Below are positions 37,491 to 48,493 of a stretch of DNA of 64,000 nucleotides, one piece after another. The DNA lies in NCBI RefSeq assembly GCF_963921235.1, contig NC_086097.1:183894001-183958000 (forward strand). The letters are read 5' to 3'. The notes beneath the pieces were generated by a model. That model made no database searches. It saw only the letters and a program-made list of their open reading frames with translations, and was not told the origin of the DNA. The position numbers and the translations under genes were made by a program. The first letter of the stretch is position 1, and each line of letters opens with the position of its first letter. The DNA comes from Mobula hypostoma (Eukaryota).

Positions 37491-38481
37491 TCACCCTCAC
37501 CCTCATCTCCTCCATTTCCCGCACTTTGGCCCTCACCCCATCCTCCTGCAACCACAACAGGGACAGAATTCCGCTTGTCCTTACCTACCACCCCACCAGC
37601 CTCCGGATCCAACACATTATCCTCCGCAGCTTCTGCCACCTTCAACAGGACCCCACCACTAAGCACATCTTTCCCTCTCCACCCCTCTCCGCTTTCCACA
37701 GGGATTGGTCCCTCTGTGACTCTGTTATCTGCACGTCCATCCCCACTGATCTCCCACCCGGCACTTATCCCTGTATGCGTAAGTGCTACACCTGTCCCTA
37801 CACCTCATCTCTTGCAACCATTCAGGGCCCCAAACAGTCCTTCCAAGTGAGGCAACACTTCACTTGTGAGTCTGTTGGGGTCATCCATTGCATCCGGTGC
37901 TCCCGGTGCGGCCTCCTCTACATCAGTGAAACCTGACGCAGATTGGGGGACTGCTTCGTCGAGCACCTCCACGCCGTCCGCCACAACAGACAGGATCTCC
38001 CGGTAGCCACCCACTTCAACTCTGCTTCCCATTCCCATTCAGATATGTCCATGCATGGCCTCCTCTACTGCCATGATGAGGCTAAACTCAGGTTGGAGGA
38101 GCAACCCCTCATATATCGTCTAGGTAGTCTCCAGCCCCTTGGTATGAACATAGAATTCTCCAACTTCCAGTAATTCTCTCCCCCTCCCTTCCTCTATCCC
38201 TATTTCACTCTACCCCCTCCCCCAGCTCCCTCATGGTTCCGCCTCCTTCTTCTACTACCCATTGTTTTCAAGGGCTATGATGTCAATGCTTCCCCTCCCC
38301 CACCCCTTTGTCTTTCAAATTACTGGTCTTTCAACTGAAGCTACAAGCATTCTTCAGATCCTTCCCCATCTTTCATTCTTCAGTCCTGACGAAGGGCTCC
38401 GGCCCGAAACGTTGATTCATCGTTTCCAACTGATGCTGCCCGACCTGCTGAGTTCATCCAGCGTACTGAAAGTGTTGCTGT
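37490..38481 (+). mobile_element. Neptune-type Penelope-like element, 5'-truncated (RT thumb, Cys-rich linker, GIY-YIG, terminal repeat)
   Basis: RIPLVLTYHP...PGTYPCMRKCYTC...FTCESVGVIHCIRCSRCGLLYISET*RRLGDCFVEHL...VATHFN...GMNIEF; single in-frame TGA at 37934; frame ends 38173. Confidence 0.92.
38382..38417 (+). ncRNA. Minimal type I hammerhead ribozyme (PLE-associated), near-intact core
   Basis: AGTC-CTGACGA-A-GGGC(TCCG)GCCC-GAAAC-GTT-GATT: conserved CUGANGA and GAAA boxes, 4-bp stem II, palindromic minimal stem III (AACGTT), stem I AGTC/GATT; predicted cleavage after 38413. Confidence 0.82.
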
Positions 38482-38560
38482 AGATTTATATGTTCTATGT
38501 TCTAACATGCTATTGATTGTCTGCCTAGAACAATAAGATCAGCACTTGGCATCACAGATA

Positions 38561-38800
38561 TGTTTTGTAATTGAAAGATAACAGGTGTGTACTCTTTGTC
38601 TTTCTTTCAGTGAGGCACGCATTTATGACGTGGTGGCATAATGATGCATACCATTCACTTACTTTTACATTGAGAGAGAGAGAGAGTTTACATATAACCG
38701 CTAATGCATTATGTAATCAAAAAAGGAAGCTTAATCAAACAAAATATTCACAATATTACTCATATATTACTGAAATATTAAATACACTACACTCCTCTCT
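38561..38800 (-). mobile_element. Probable Gypsy 3' LTR with adjacent PPT
   Basis: TGTT...CTACA (38561-38791) followed by CTCCTCTCT (purine tract on the minus strand); no partner LTR seen. Confidence 0.5.
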
Positions 38801-38869
38801 GCATAGCTATAAACTCCAATTCTATATGGAATGGGTCTTAACTCAAATATGTAATATTGCTACCTAGTC

Positions 38870-39300
38870 ATCAACTCATTTACAGGAACATAACTGGTTG
38901 TACAGAGACATGATCCACTGTTGATGATCTCGGTACATGAAGACCGTGAAGAACACAATTTTACTGGGACACAATGGAGTTTCTGGCGCAGGCAAATACA
39001 AAGCACGCATAAGAATTTTTAGAAGCAGAGTTCTCTTCTGATAACTCCATAAACGAAATGTAGAAATAGATGGCATTTACGAATCCCTAAGAGCCAAAGA
39101 AATGTGAGCCAATAGAATTTAAAGATCAACTGAAATGGTAGCCAATCAGGATCAAGGCAAGTTAACGGGAGCCTATATAAATGGGAGAACTCCCAGTGAG
39201 AAACACCAATAACTGCACACTGAGAATATCACTTCAACTGATGAAAGATCTACAAGCTAATTGTCAAGTTCAATGGACACTGCAACAGCAAATCACATAT
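38870..39300 (+). mobile_element. Degraded Poseidon/Penelope-clade PLE 3' end with degenerate hammerhead (~39214-39254)
   Basis: EH.LVVQRHDPLLMISVHEDREEHNF.WDTMEFLAQANTKHA.EFLEA...DNSIN is a GIY-YIG C-terminus distinct from the Neptune copies; then CTGAGA-AT-ATCA(CTTCAAC)TGAT-GAAA. Confidence 0.7.
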
Positions 39301-39984
39301 ATATAATAAACATGACTACTGTAGACATCCACATCATGGTAAATTTTAAATTGTCCTATTTGGGCCTAAAGATTTAATCTCTGTGGAGGATTACTTGCTT
39401 TTATAGGATAATGTTTTTCCTAACAGGGGGAGAGGGGATCACTCTGCTTGGCTTGCGGCTGTGAAATAATCTCAGGTTCTAGACCCTCCTCCCTGATTGT
39501 AGGAGTTGACTCTGGGACTGCAGAAAGTGGTTCTGGCAGCTCTGGCTGCCTTTCTTCTCAAACAATTGACTCTGCTCTGCTCAACTGAGTGAAGAGTCAT
39601 CTCCAGATAACCTCAGGTACAATCTCCACTGTGTAAGAGAGAGGTCCAGTTCTGTCTTTAATCTTCCAAGAATCCACTCTTGATTACCTCTGTAGTTCCT
39701 CACCAGGACTATTTGTTCAGGAGTGAAAAATGAAACCTCCTTGTTTGAGGACCCTTCAATTTGTCCTGCATACTCTTTCTAAGATTGGATTTCTGAGATT
39801 CAGAGTGTGAGTGCAGGGGATAATCCAGGAATAGTATAACTGGTGAGTGGTGTGTGTGATACAGTGCAGGTATAATATGTCTTATTCCAGTCATTTACAG
39901 TGTAGCTAAAAATGGGGGAACTGGAAATTCTGCTGTAAAGTGAAGTCATGTAGACCGGAGACAGTGCAGGAGTCCCTTTGGATC

Positions 39985-40860
39985 ACCTCTGCCACACAGG
40001 TGCACTACAAGGCTGAAATAAAACAGGGGTCCATGAGCCTGTCCTCATTGGAGGATCAGAGGTAGAGAGAGTCAACATCGTTAAGTTCCTCAGTGTTATT
40101 ATTTCAGAGGATCTGCATTGGGCCAACACGTAAGTGCAATTACGAAGAAAACACGGCAGCATCATTACTTACTTAGAAGTTTGCAAGATTTGGCATGACA
40201 TCTAAGACTTTGAGAAACTTCTATAGGTGTGCAATGAAGAGTATATTGACTGGCTTCATTACAGCCTGGTGTGGAAGCACCAGTGCCCTTGAATGGAAAA
40301 TTCAACAAAAAGTAGTAGATGCAACCCAGACTATCATGGGTAAAGCCCTCCACACCACTGAGCACATCCACACGAAACACTGTTGCAGAAAAGCAGCATC
40401 CATCATCGGGGATCTCCACCACCCAGAACATGCTTTCTTTTCACTGCTGCCATTGGGAAGAAGGTACAGGAGCCTCAGAACTCGTATCACCAGGTTCAGG
40501 AATAGTTGTTACTCCTCAAACAGCAGGCTCTTCAGCCATAGGGGTAACTTTACTCAACTTCACTTATCCCATCATTGAACTGTACCCACAACCTTTGGAC
40601 TCATTTTCAAGGACTCTTCATCTTTTGTTCTTGATATTTATTGCTTATTTGTTTGTTATTACTATTTTATTCTTTTTGTACTTACGCAGTTTGTTGCCTT
40701 TCACATACTGGTTGGACACCCAAGTTGTTACGATCTTTCATTGATTCTGTTATGGTTATTATTCTATTATGGATTTATTGAATATGCTCACAAGAAAATG
40801 AATCTCAGGGATGTATATGGTGAAATATATGAACAATAATAAATTTACTTTGAACTTTGA
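39985..40860 (+). mobile_element. Rex1/Babar 3' end
   Basis: ORF 40195-40578 (LRNFYRCAMKSILTGFITAW...LLPLGRRYRSLRTRITRFRNS); tail AATAAATTTACTTTGAACTTTGA. Confidence 0.88.
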
Positions 40861-42839
40861 ATATTCATGATGAGTACCTTGTATGAACTGCATGCAAGAC
40901 AAGTTTTTCACTACACATGCAATAATAATATCTATTACCAATACCAATACATACCTTCCTCCCTTTGTTTTCTATTCATAATTCCCTTCAGTTATAATAA
41001 AATGTCTCTTTCCCTTTGCTTATGCTGTGTGGTTTTAATTCATGAGTACAATGTTGTCAATGCTTCCTCTTTCAATCATCCAAACTTGCCTTCTCCTCTT
41101 CCCTGTTTTAATTTCCTCTCCTCATTTTCTTATAAACATCTGGAACTTGTAAGTTATGTCTATGATCACTTTTTGCTGGCTATTTATCACCTAAAGTCTT
41201 CCTAAAAATGACCTCTCCACTTGTCCTTTCCCTGAAATCCTTTACTCTTTGCCATTGTTTCTCATCCAATGCCTTCATTTGTCTTCAGTTTTCACCTTAA
41301 TCCTATTCATCTTTATGCTTTTTCATGCTCTCTGTCTTTAACTTGAAGCTTATTCTATGGGGCCTTTCAATTTTGATAAACAGGACCTTTGGAGAACCAA
41401 TTGTTTTGCTTCACATATGTTGATAGGACTTCTGTCAGAGATTTCCCAATTGTCCATTGTATTTTGACCAGCAGATCCCACGTAAGTAATGAATCTATAT
41501 TTGTAGATCTTTAATTAAAATATAAACATCTTGTGGCAATTAATGATGATAATGTTAGCAAATACTATACAAAAATTTCAAAATGAAGCTTATAATTTCC
41601 AGTCACTGAGTTCGTCAGGAAGGAGAAACAGAATCAAATAAGGTAAATAAGATCGGAGTTCAGAAATGGAGAAAACATGGAGGGAGCTGACCTATTGATT
41701 GGGAAGGCTGATATCAAAGATTTAATTATGTTTAAAGGAAGCAATTACTATTGATAGCTTTGAAATATCCAGACACCAATGAAGGCTAAAATGATACTGG
41801 ATAGAGGCAATAGATGGAAGGAGTGAACAGATGACAGAAGTAATGGAACTAGTAAGAAAAGCTGTCTGATGAATACATAGTTTCCTGTGGTTACAAACTG
41901 CCATTTTCTATGCATTTCCTAGAAGAAACAACAGTGTGATAAAAACAAGCAAAATGCTGGCACAGGAAGTAAGTGCTACAGTAGGGAAGATTTTTATTAT
42001 GTTACAAAGTGATTTTGTTTGGCTTTACACTGAAAGAGTTTAGACCAAACCCAATCTTTGGATAAAGCAGCAGTAAGCATTGGGAAAATATTGGACCAAC
42101 ATAATGCACATTTTAATATTATGAACTCTATTCACATTTGTAGTGGATATTATCTTAATATCAATAGCTAAATAGCAAAATTTTCTGTTATGTGGGAAGC
42201 ATAGAGATGGAGTTAGTTGGAAGTCATGAATGAAGTGTATTGGATTCTGGCGTGGATCCCACTGCAGAAGGAAGCCATAACTGCAGTACTAATGTTGAAT
42301 ATAAGGGCTTATAAGTGAAAAAGATGAAAATGACAAAAAACGGACAATGAGAAGAAAAAGGTGTGTAGATATGACTTGAAAGTTATTAGGCTTATAAATT
42401 AAGTGCTCTATCTCTGTTAAAGAAATCCATTTTAAAATTAAACAATAAATACAGCAGGAACCCCATAACACACATAATTAGGATTTCAGCTACACATCTA
42501 ATTAAAAGTCATGTAGTACTGCAGAAAGTATGAGGAAATCTAGGGCCCTTTCCCTGCAAGAGCTTAATCATAATTCTACTCTGAAAATTAATGTTCAGCC
42601 TTTTAGCACAATTTAAGCTGAAGATTTTAAATGCATACCATTATTTTTTGAGAAGGACATTGCTTGTAAGGAGAATCGGAACAAATTGCATCAAAATTTT
42701 AGAAACCAAAAGTGTTCCAGATGAAAAGGAAGATATAGGGCCATAACAAAGAGAAATGGTGTCTAGCACTAACTGTGGAAGGCAGGCAGTGTTGAGTGAA
42801 TCAATGAATATGTTGCATTAATTTTTACTGGAGGAGTAC

Positions 42840-43286
42840 TGTTAGGGCATATTCTGGAGTCAGGGTATATAGCAAATATTAAATTCACCAGCAAGCAATC
42901 TTCAGACATGAACATGGATTGCAGATTAAATTTAAAATGCAGCCCTGAACAACAAGTTTCCTGGAGCTGTGAACTGGAGTTGATTGCAAGCCAGACAATG
43001 CTGATTAATGTTCATTTTGGGTGTCTGGGGTATGGGTGTGAATAAGGAAGTATGTGAAAACTATATGTAATCTAAAGGAAGCATTGTAAATACATTGTAA
43101 TTACAGAATTGTCCTGCTGTTACCTTTGACCTTTCATATATAAAAATTTCATGTAATATTGGGCCAGGAGGTCTCTTCCTCCAAGAGTGCCTCAGTATGA
43201 TGCCTGCTGTTCATTTTTGTTGAATATGGCACTTCTATGTCCACTAGCTTCAGTGTCTCTCCGGTGACTTTGTTCACGTTATAACA
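42840..43286 (+). repeat. Candidate 5' LTR of the ERV
   Basis: TGTTA/TAACA terminal inverted repeat; TATATAAAA near 43136-43144; ends 2 nt before the PBS. Left boundary inferred because no partner LTR is present. Confidence 0.6.
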
Positions 43287-43288
43287 TT

Positions 43289-43306
43289 TGGGGGCTCATC
43301 CGAGAT
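43289..43306 (+). promoter_or_regulatory. Primer-binding site, tRNA-Pro
   Basis: TGGGGGCTCATCCGAGAT matches 16/18 to the tRNA-Pro PBS TGGGGGCTCGTCCGGGAT used by MLV, directly after LTR end ...CA-TT. Confidence 0.85.
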
Positions 43307-45934
43307 GATTTCATGACCCGTTGTGTAGTCAGTAATCTCAACAGTCTAAGTGGGTGAGTATTTTCAAAATTAGCACTCGTTCTTGGATCTGTTTGAGTTG
43401 GTGACTACAGGATCTCAAAGTATCGCAAACACGGTAGAGAGCTGAACTAGTATATAAAAGTTATGTTGTGTGTGTGTGTGTGTGTGTATATGTAAGAGAT
43501 GAGGCATTTTTGTATAATTTGGACTCAGAGCCACCATTGCAAAGGGTGGTTACTGACTGTTCAGGTGTGCGTGTATACTCATTTTGGGAAGGTGAATAGC
43601 AGCAGATTCATTTGCACGTGTGTTTGTGTGTTGTAACCTTGCTGCAACAGTTTTTAATTGCAAAGGAATACAGCAGGAATTATGAGTGCAAGAACATATA
43701 AGTGACAGATTGCAGAGTACGTAGTCTGTGGTTTTAAGTATGTATTGTTTTAATTTTTATCCATTATTTATATTTTGTATAGTGTGGGAAATAGTGTGAA
43801 GATTTTTGAGGGTGAGGTTATACCCAGATATATCTGTTGGGATGTCACCAGTTGAGGTTAGCCAACGTCAGGTTGAGAACCATGACAACCTGAGCCAGCC
43901 CCTGACTTTAATTACAACTACCCACAGGCCTTTCACCTCCAGGGAGTAGCAGAGCATTTTATCAGAGTTACCCTCACTTAAGGTCTCCTAAGGGAATGGA
44001 AAATTCAGGCTCAAACTCGAGGAAATGATTGAAATTCACCAGATACACCCTAATGATATACCGTACATGTGTTAGTAAAGGTGAAATGCCTGAGACAGTA
44101 TGGCCCAGGGGGTGCAGGATGGTACATGGGTAACTATCGGGAACACCAGCAATGAAGGGAGATATCGGTTCTCTAAGGGGAACGAGACTGACTGGGGGAG
44201 GTGAGAATAAGTGCAGAATGATAATGTCGGTGGTTCAGAGAGATGATGACCCTGCTTTGGATTATGCAAAACATAAATATTGACTCTGTGAGGAGTGTTC
44301 AGGATTGGATAATCCAGGGAGGGATGACCCAGTCTTCCTGAAAATGCAAAGCCTGAGCTCAGGCCACCAAGAAGTTTAGATTCGGGGATAGCTGTGGGGT
44401 TGACCCACTCTGCGTTAGTATCATGGGCTGGTGAGATAGATCAGAGGAGGGGGAAGGGGGGTCATAAAGTGGCCGTAGTGAATGTAGTTGATGTGACGTC
44501 ACAGAGAACTTGCTTTGTGTGCCATCGACTCGTGCACGGAGCAAGAAACTGCTGGAATAGATGTGGGAGGGTAAAGGGAAGGATTTGTTAAAGCTACGTC
44601 TTCTCAGGCCATGGTTGGAGGCGGTGTCCTAAAAAGAGGGCAAGGCATGAGAATTACCCACCAAAGCAGGCAGAATCCACAGCAGCACCCTCTCTTTCCA
44701 ATTTGGCCGCTGACCAGAATATGGAGCTGGTGAGGTCAGACAAATGGCTGATGGCAGCCTCTATTGCCAGTGGTGGTCATCCACGGATGTACACAAGAGG
44801 TTTATTAGGAGTCCAGCAATGTCAATATCGATAACTGATCTGCCCTTGCCTATGACGGGAGAGGCGATTTTACTTTACCAGTGGAGGAGGTGAAACAGTG
44901 AGGGTGGAGAGAAGTCAGCCCCAGGTACTTGAGGTTGAGGGAGAACTGCTTCCTACGGGTTTCTGGGTGTGCCCAAACAATGAAGGTACTATCCTGGGGA
45001 TAGACACACTGAGTAAGGCAGGAGCTGTCATAGACTCAGGGAAAGAAGAAATAACACGGACAAGACAGGGTCTGCGAACATGTGTAACCTGCAAAGCAGC
45101 TGACATGACCCAGAGAGAAACAGGACCCCCAAGCAGGAGAGACAGGGCGATGTGTGGGAATCATGTCAGGGGATCGCAAGGGTTGGAGCCAAGCACAGCC
45201 AGGAGCTGTTAGAAGTCGTGCAGCTGCCTGAGGAGGGAGCAGTGATTAAAGTAAAGGCTCACCAGAAAGGGGATAGTAAGGAACAGAAAGGGAATGAGTG
45301 GCCAGACTTCAGTGGAGAGGCAGAGCAGTCGAGGTTTAAAGGTAGTTTTTTGGGGCCTCTCCAGCAGGCTGGTTGTGATGGCTCCGCAGATTGAGTGGGA
45401 GATGTGCTGCAGTGAGAAGGGCCTAGCACACCTGGATAAGAGTTTCAATGTTTGCTATTCTGTAAACAAATTTTTATAGTTCTGAGTAAATAATTGGAGT
45501 CTGTATCTTTCTGCCTTACTAAGCCATATCAATGAACTTTTTGTGGTAATGTGTAACAAACACAGAATACTGGAGGGTCTCTGCAGATTATTAGTTGAAA
45601 GGCAGGAGGGTGAGGGGAGGTGGTGAAAAAGAGCCACTCAGACAGAAGTGGGACGATAGGATTGATAGGAATGCTCTGAAAACCAGCATGAGGTTAATGA
45701 CCAGATTATCCTTATTAATGTCTTAAGGAATTATATGAAAATAAATATGGAAATATATGTTAAAAAAGGAGGAGCAGTGTAGTTAAACTGAACTTCTTTG
45801 AAACAAGTCTTTAAGTGGACTATTGTGCTCATTTCTGGAGGGTTGATTATAATAAAATGTGGAAGCTTTAAAAAGACACCAGGAAAGATTTACAAGAATG
45901 GCTCTTGGGATGAGGGATGAATGAAGGGCATCAT

Positions 45935-46910
45935 TCAAATTTCAAACTTCAAAGTTCAAAGTAAATTTATTATCAAAGTACATATGTGTCACCATGTACA
46001 ACCCTGAGATCCATTTTCTTGTGGGCATGCTCAATAAATCAATAATAGAATAATAACTATAACAGAATCTATAACAGACTGCACCAACTTGGGTGTTCAA
46101 CCAGTATGCAAAAGGTTTCAAGGGTTTCAAAAGTACTTTTAATGTCAGAGAAATGTTAACAATATACATCCTAAAATGATTTTTCTTCGCAACCATCCAC
46201 AAAAACAGGAAATGGGGGACACCTCCCTCTCCCTTGCCAGGGAGAGAGGGAACCTGTGGGTTGTTGAATTTCGGATGAAATGGGAAGCCTTTGGGGTAAC
46301 TTTGGTCTGCATCTTTGCTATTGCTTAGCATACACTTGGGCTCGGTGATAGTACCGATCCACGTTTTTTTGCTGATGGTGGGAGGGGGAATTGTTGCTTG
46401 CTGCCGCTTATGCACGGGAGGCGGGAGCTGGGGGGTACTTTGGGGTTCTTACGTTTAACTGTCGTTTATTTTTTGGGGCACTTCTGTCTTCGTGGATGTT
46501 TGCGAAGAAAAAGCATTTCAGGATATATATTGTATACGTTTCTCTAACATTAAATTTGACCTTTGAGCCTTTAACCCTTTGAGTGCCTTTGGTGTGACAC
46601 TACTCAGACAGATTTCAAATCTTTCTTCTACATGCTGATTCATCACTGCCTTTCATTCGGCCAATGACATCGGTGCCGTCTGCAAGCTTGAATATGGCAT
46701 TGGAGCTGTGCTTTGCCACAGGGTCTTAAGTGTAAAGCGAGTAGAGCAGGGGGCTAAGCACGCAGCCTTGGGGTGCACCTGGGCTGATGGAAATAGTGGA
46801 GGAAATGTTGTTGCCAATCTGAACTGACTGGGGTCTGCAAGTGAGGAAATCAGTTATCCAATTGCACAAAGAGGTATTGAAAGGCCAAAGTCTACGAGCT
46901 TATTGATTTG
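45935..46910 (-). mobile_element. Rex1/Babar fragments (tail 45935-46110, RT piece 46660-46910) with other LINE-tail pieces between
   Basis: TTCAAAGTTCAAAGTAAATTTATT is the reverse tail; minus strand [27 protein letters not shown]. Confidence 0.75.
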
Positions 46911-47242
46911 TTCCCCCCCCCCCACGACATTCAATGGCATTACCATCATTGAGTACTCGACTATCAATATTTGGGGTTACCATTATTCAGAACTGAACTA
47001 CAGGAGCTATATACACAATGTGTTGCAAGAGCAGGTCAGCGTTTAAGATTCCTGTGGCACGTAACTCACCTCGCAACTATACAAGGTTCAAATCAATAGT
47101 GTGATAGAATACAAGTGTGGCTTTGACTTTATACAGGGCTGCTTGATATGTAACCAATGCACAATCATTCATTCACTCTACCTCTGTGCTATCAAATTGT
47201 ATCATCCACAGGATGCATTGCATCAACTCACCAAGACTCCTT

Positions 47243-48253
47243 AGAAACCATAGAAACTACAACACAGAAACAGGCTTTTTTGGCCCCTCTTGGCTGTGCC
47301 AAATCATTTTCTGCCTAGTCCCACTGACCTGCACACGGACCATATCCCTCCATACACTTCCCATCCATGTATCTGTCCAATTTATTCTTAAATGTTAAAA
47401 AAGAACCCGCATTTACCACCTCGTCTGGCAGCTTATTCCATACTCCCACCACTCTCTGTGTGAAGAAGCCCCCCCTAATGTTCCCTTTAAACTTTTCCCC
47501 CCTCACCCTTAACCCATGTCCTCTGGTTTTTTTCTCCCCGTGCCTCAGTGGAAAAAGCCTGCTTGCATTCACTCTATCTATATTTGATATAGGTATATAA
47601 AATAGGTAACTTTATATACCTATATCAAATCTCCCCTCATTCTTCTACGCTGCAGGGAATAAAGTCCTAACCTATTCAACCTTTCTCTGTAACTGAGTTT
47701 CTCAAGTCCTGGTAACATCCTTGTAAACCTTCTCTGCACTCTTTCAACCTTATTTATATCCTTCCTGTAATTTGGTGACCAAAACTGAACACAATACTCC
47801 AGATTCGGCCTCACCAATGCCTTATACAACCTCATCATAACATTCCAGCTCTTATACTCAATACTTTGATTAATAAAGGCCAATGTACCAAAAGCTCTCT
47901 TTACAACCCTATCTACCTATGATGCCACTTTTAGGGAATTTTGTATCTGTATTCCCATATCCCTCTGTTCCACTGCACTCCTCAGTGCCTTACCATTAAC
48001 CCTGTATGTTCTACCTTGGTTTGTCCTTCCAACGTGCAATACCTCACACTTGTCTGTATTAAACTCCATCTGCCATTTTTCAGCCCATTTTTCCAGCTGG
48101 TCCAAGTCCCTCTGCAGGCTCTGAAAACCTTCCTCACTGTCTACTACACCTCCAATCTTTGTATCATCAGCAAATTTGCTGATCCAATTTACCACATTAT
48201 CATCCAGATCATTGATATAGATGACAAATAACAATGGACCCAGCACCGATCCT
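47243..48253 (-). mobile_element. Young CR1, same subfamily as 21445-22934, inserted in an older LINE relic (~46930-48335)
   Basis: ORFs 47917-48246, 47620-47883 and 47315-47572 are near-identical to 21960-22880; TCCTTAG at both junctions. Confidence 0.95.
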
Positions 48254-48390
48254 TAGCAAACTCAGGACTCACCTACCAACGGGAAGGACAAGGAGAAGGA
48301 TGCAACAGCATGAGAACACAAACACCTGACAGTTGACTCATACAAAGCTGTGGGAAGTTCAATGGAAGTATGTAAAATCTTAAATCTTGA

Positions 48391-48493
48391 GTCCTGATGA
48401 AGGGTTTCAGCCTGAAGTATCAACCCTTTATTCTCCTCCATAGATCCTGCCTGACCTGCTGAGTTTCTCCAGCATCTTGTGTATGTTACTCTA
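48391..48493 (+). mobile_element. Stand-alone ~103-bp PLE terminal module (degenerate hammerhead) with a 9-bp TSD
   Basis: GTCCTGATGAAGGGTTTCAGCCTGAAG... flanked by AAATCTTGA (48382-48390/48494-48502) inside an old CR1. Confidence 0.72.

Larger units (their letters stand above)
42840..45330 (+). mobile_element. Degraded, internally deleted endogenous retrovirus (class I / gamma-epsilon-like)
   Basis: Candidate LTR TGTTA...TAACA, tRNA-Pro PBS, splice donor GTGAGT at 43354, capsid-like HRPFTSRE.QSILSELPS...LEEMIEIHQIHPND (from 43842), CCHC knuckles at 44511-44552 and 44586-44627, protease ILGIDTL, RNase H ELLEVVQLPEEGAVIKVKAHQKGDSKEQKGNEWPD; no RT core or env seen. Confidence 0.82.
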
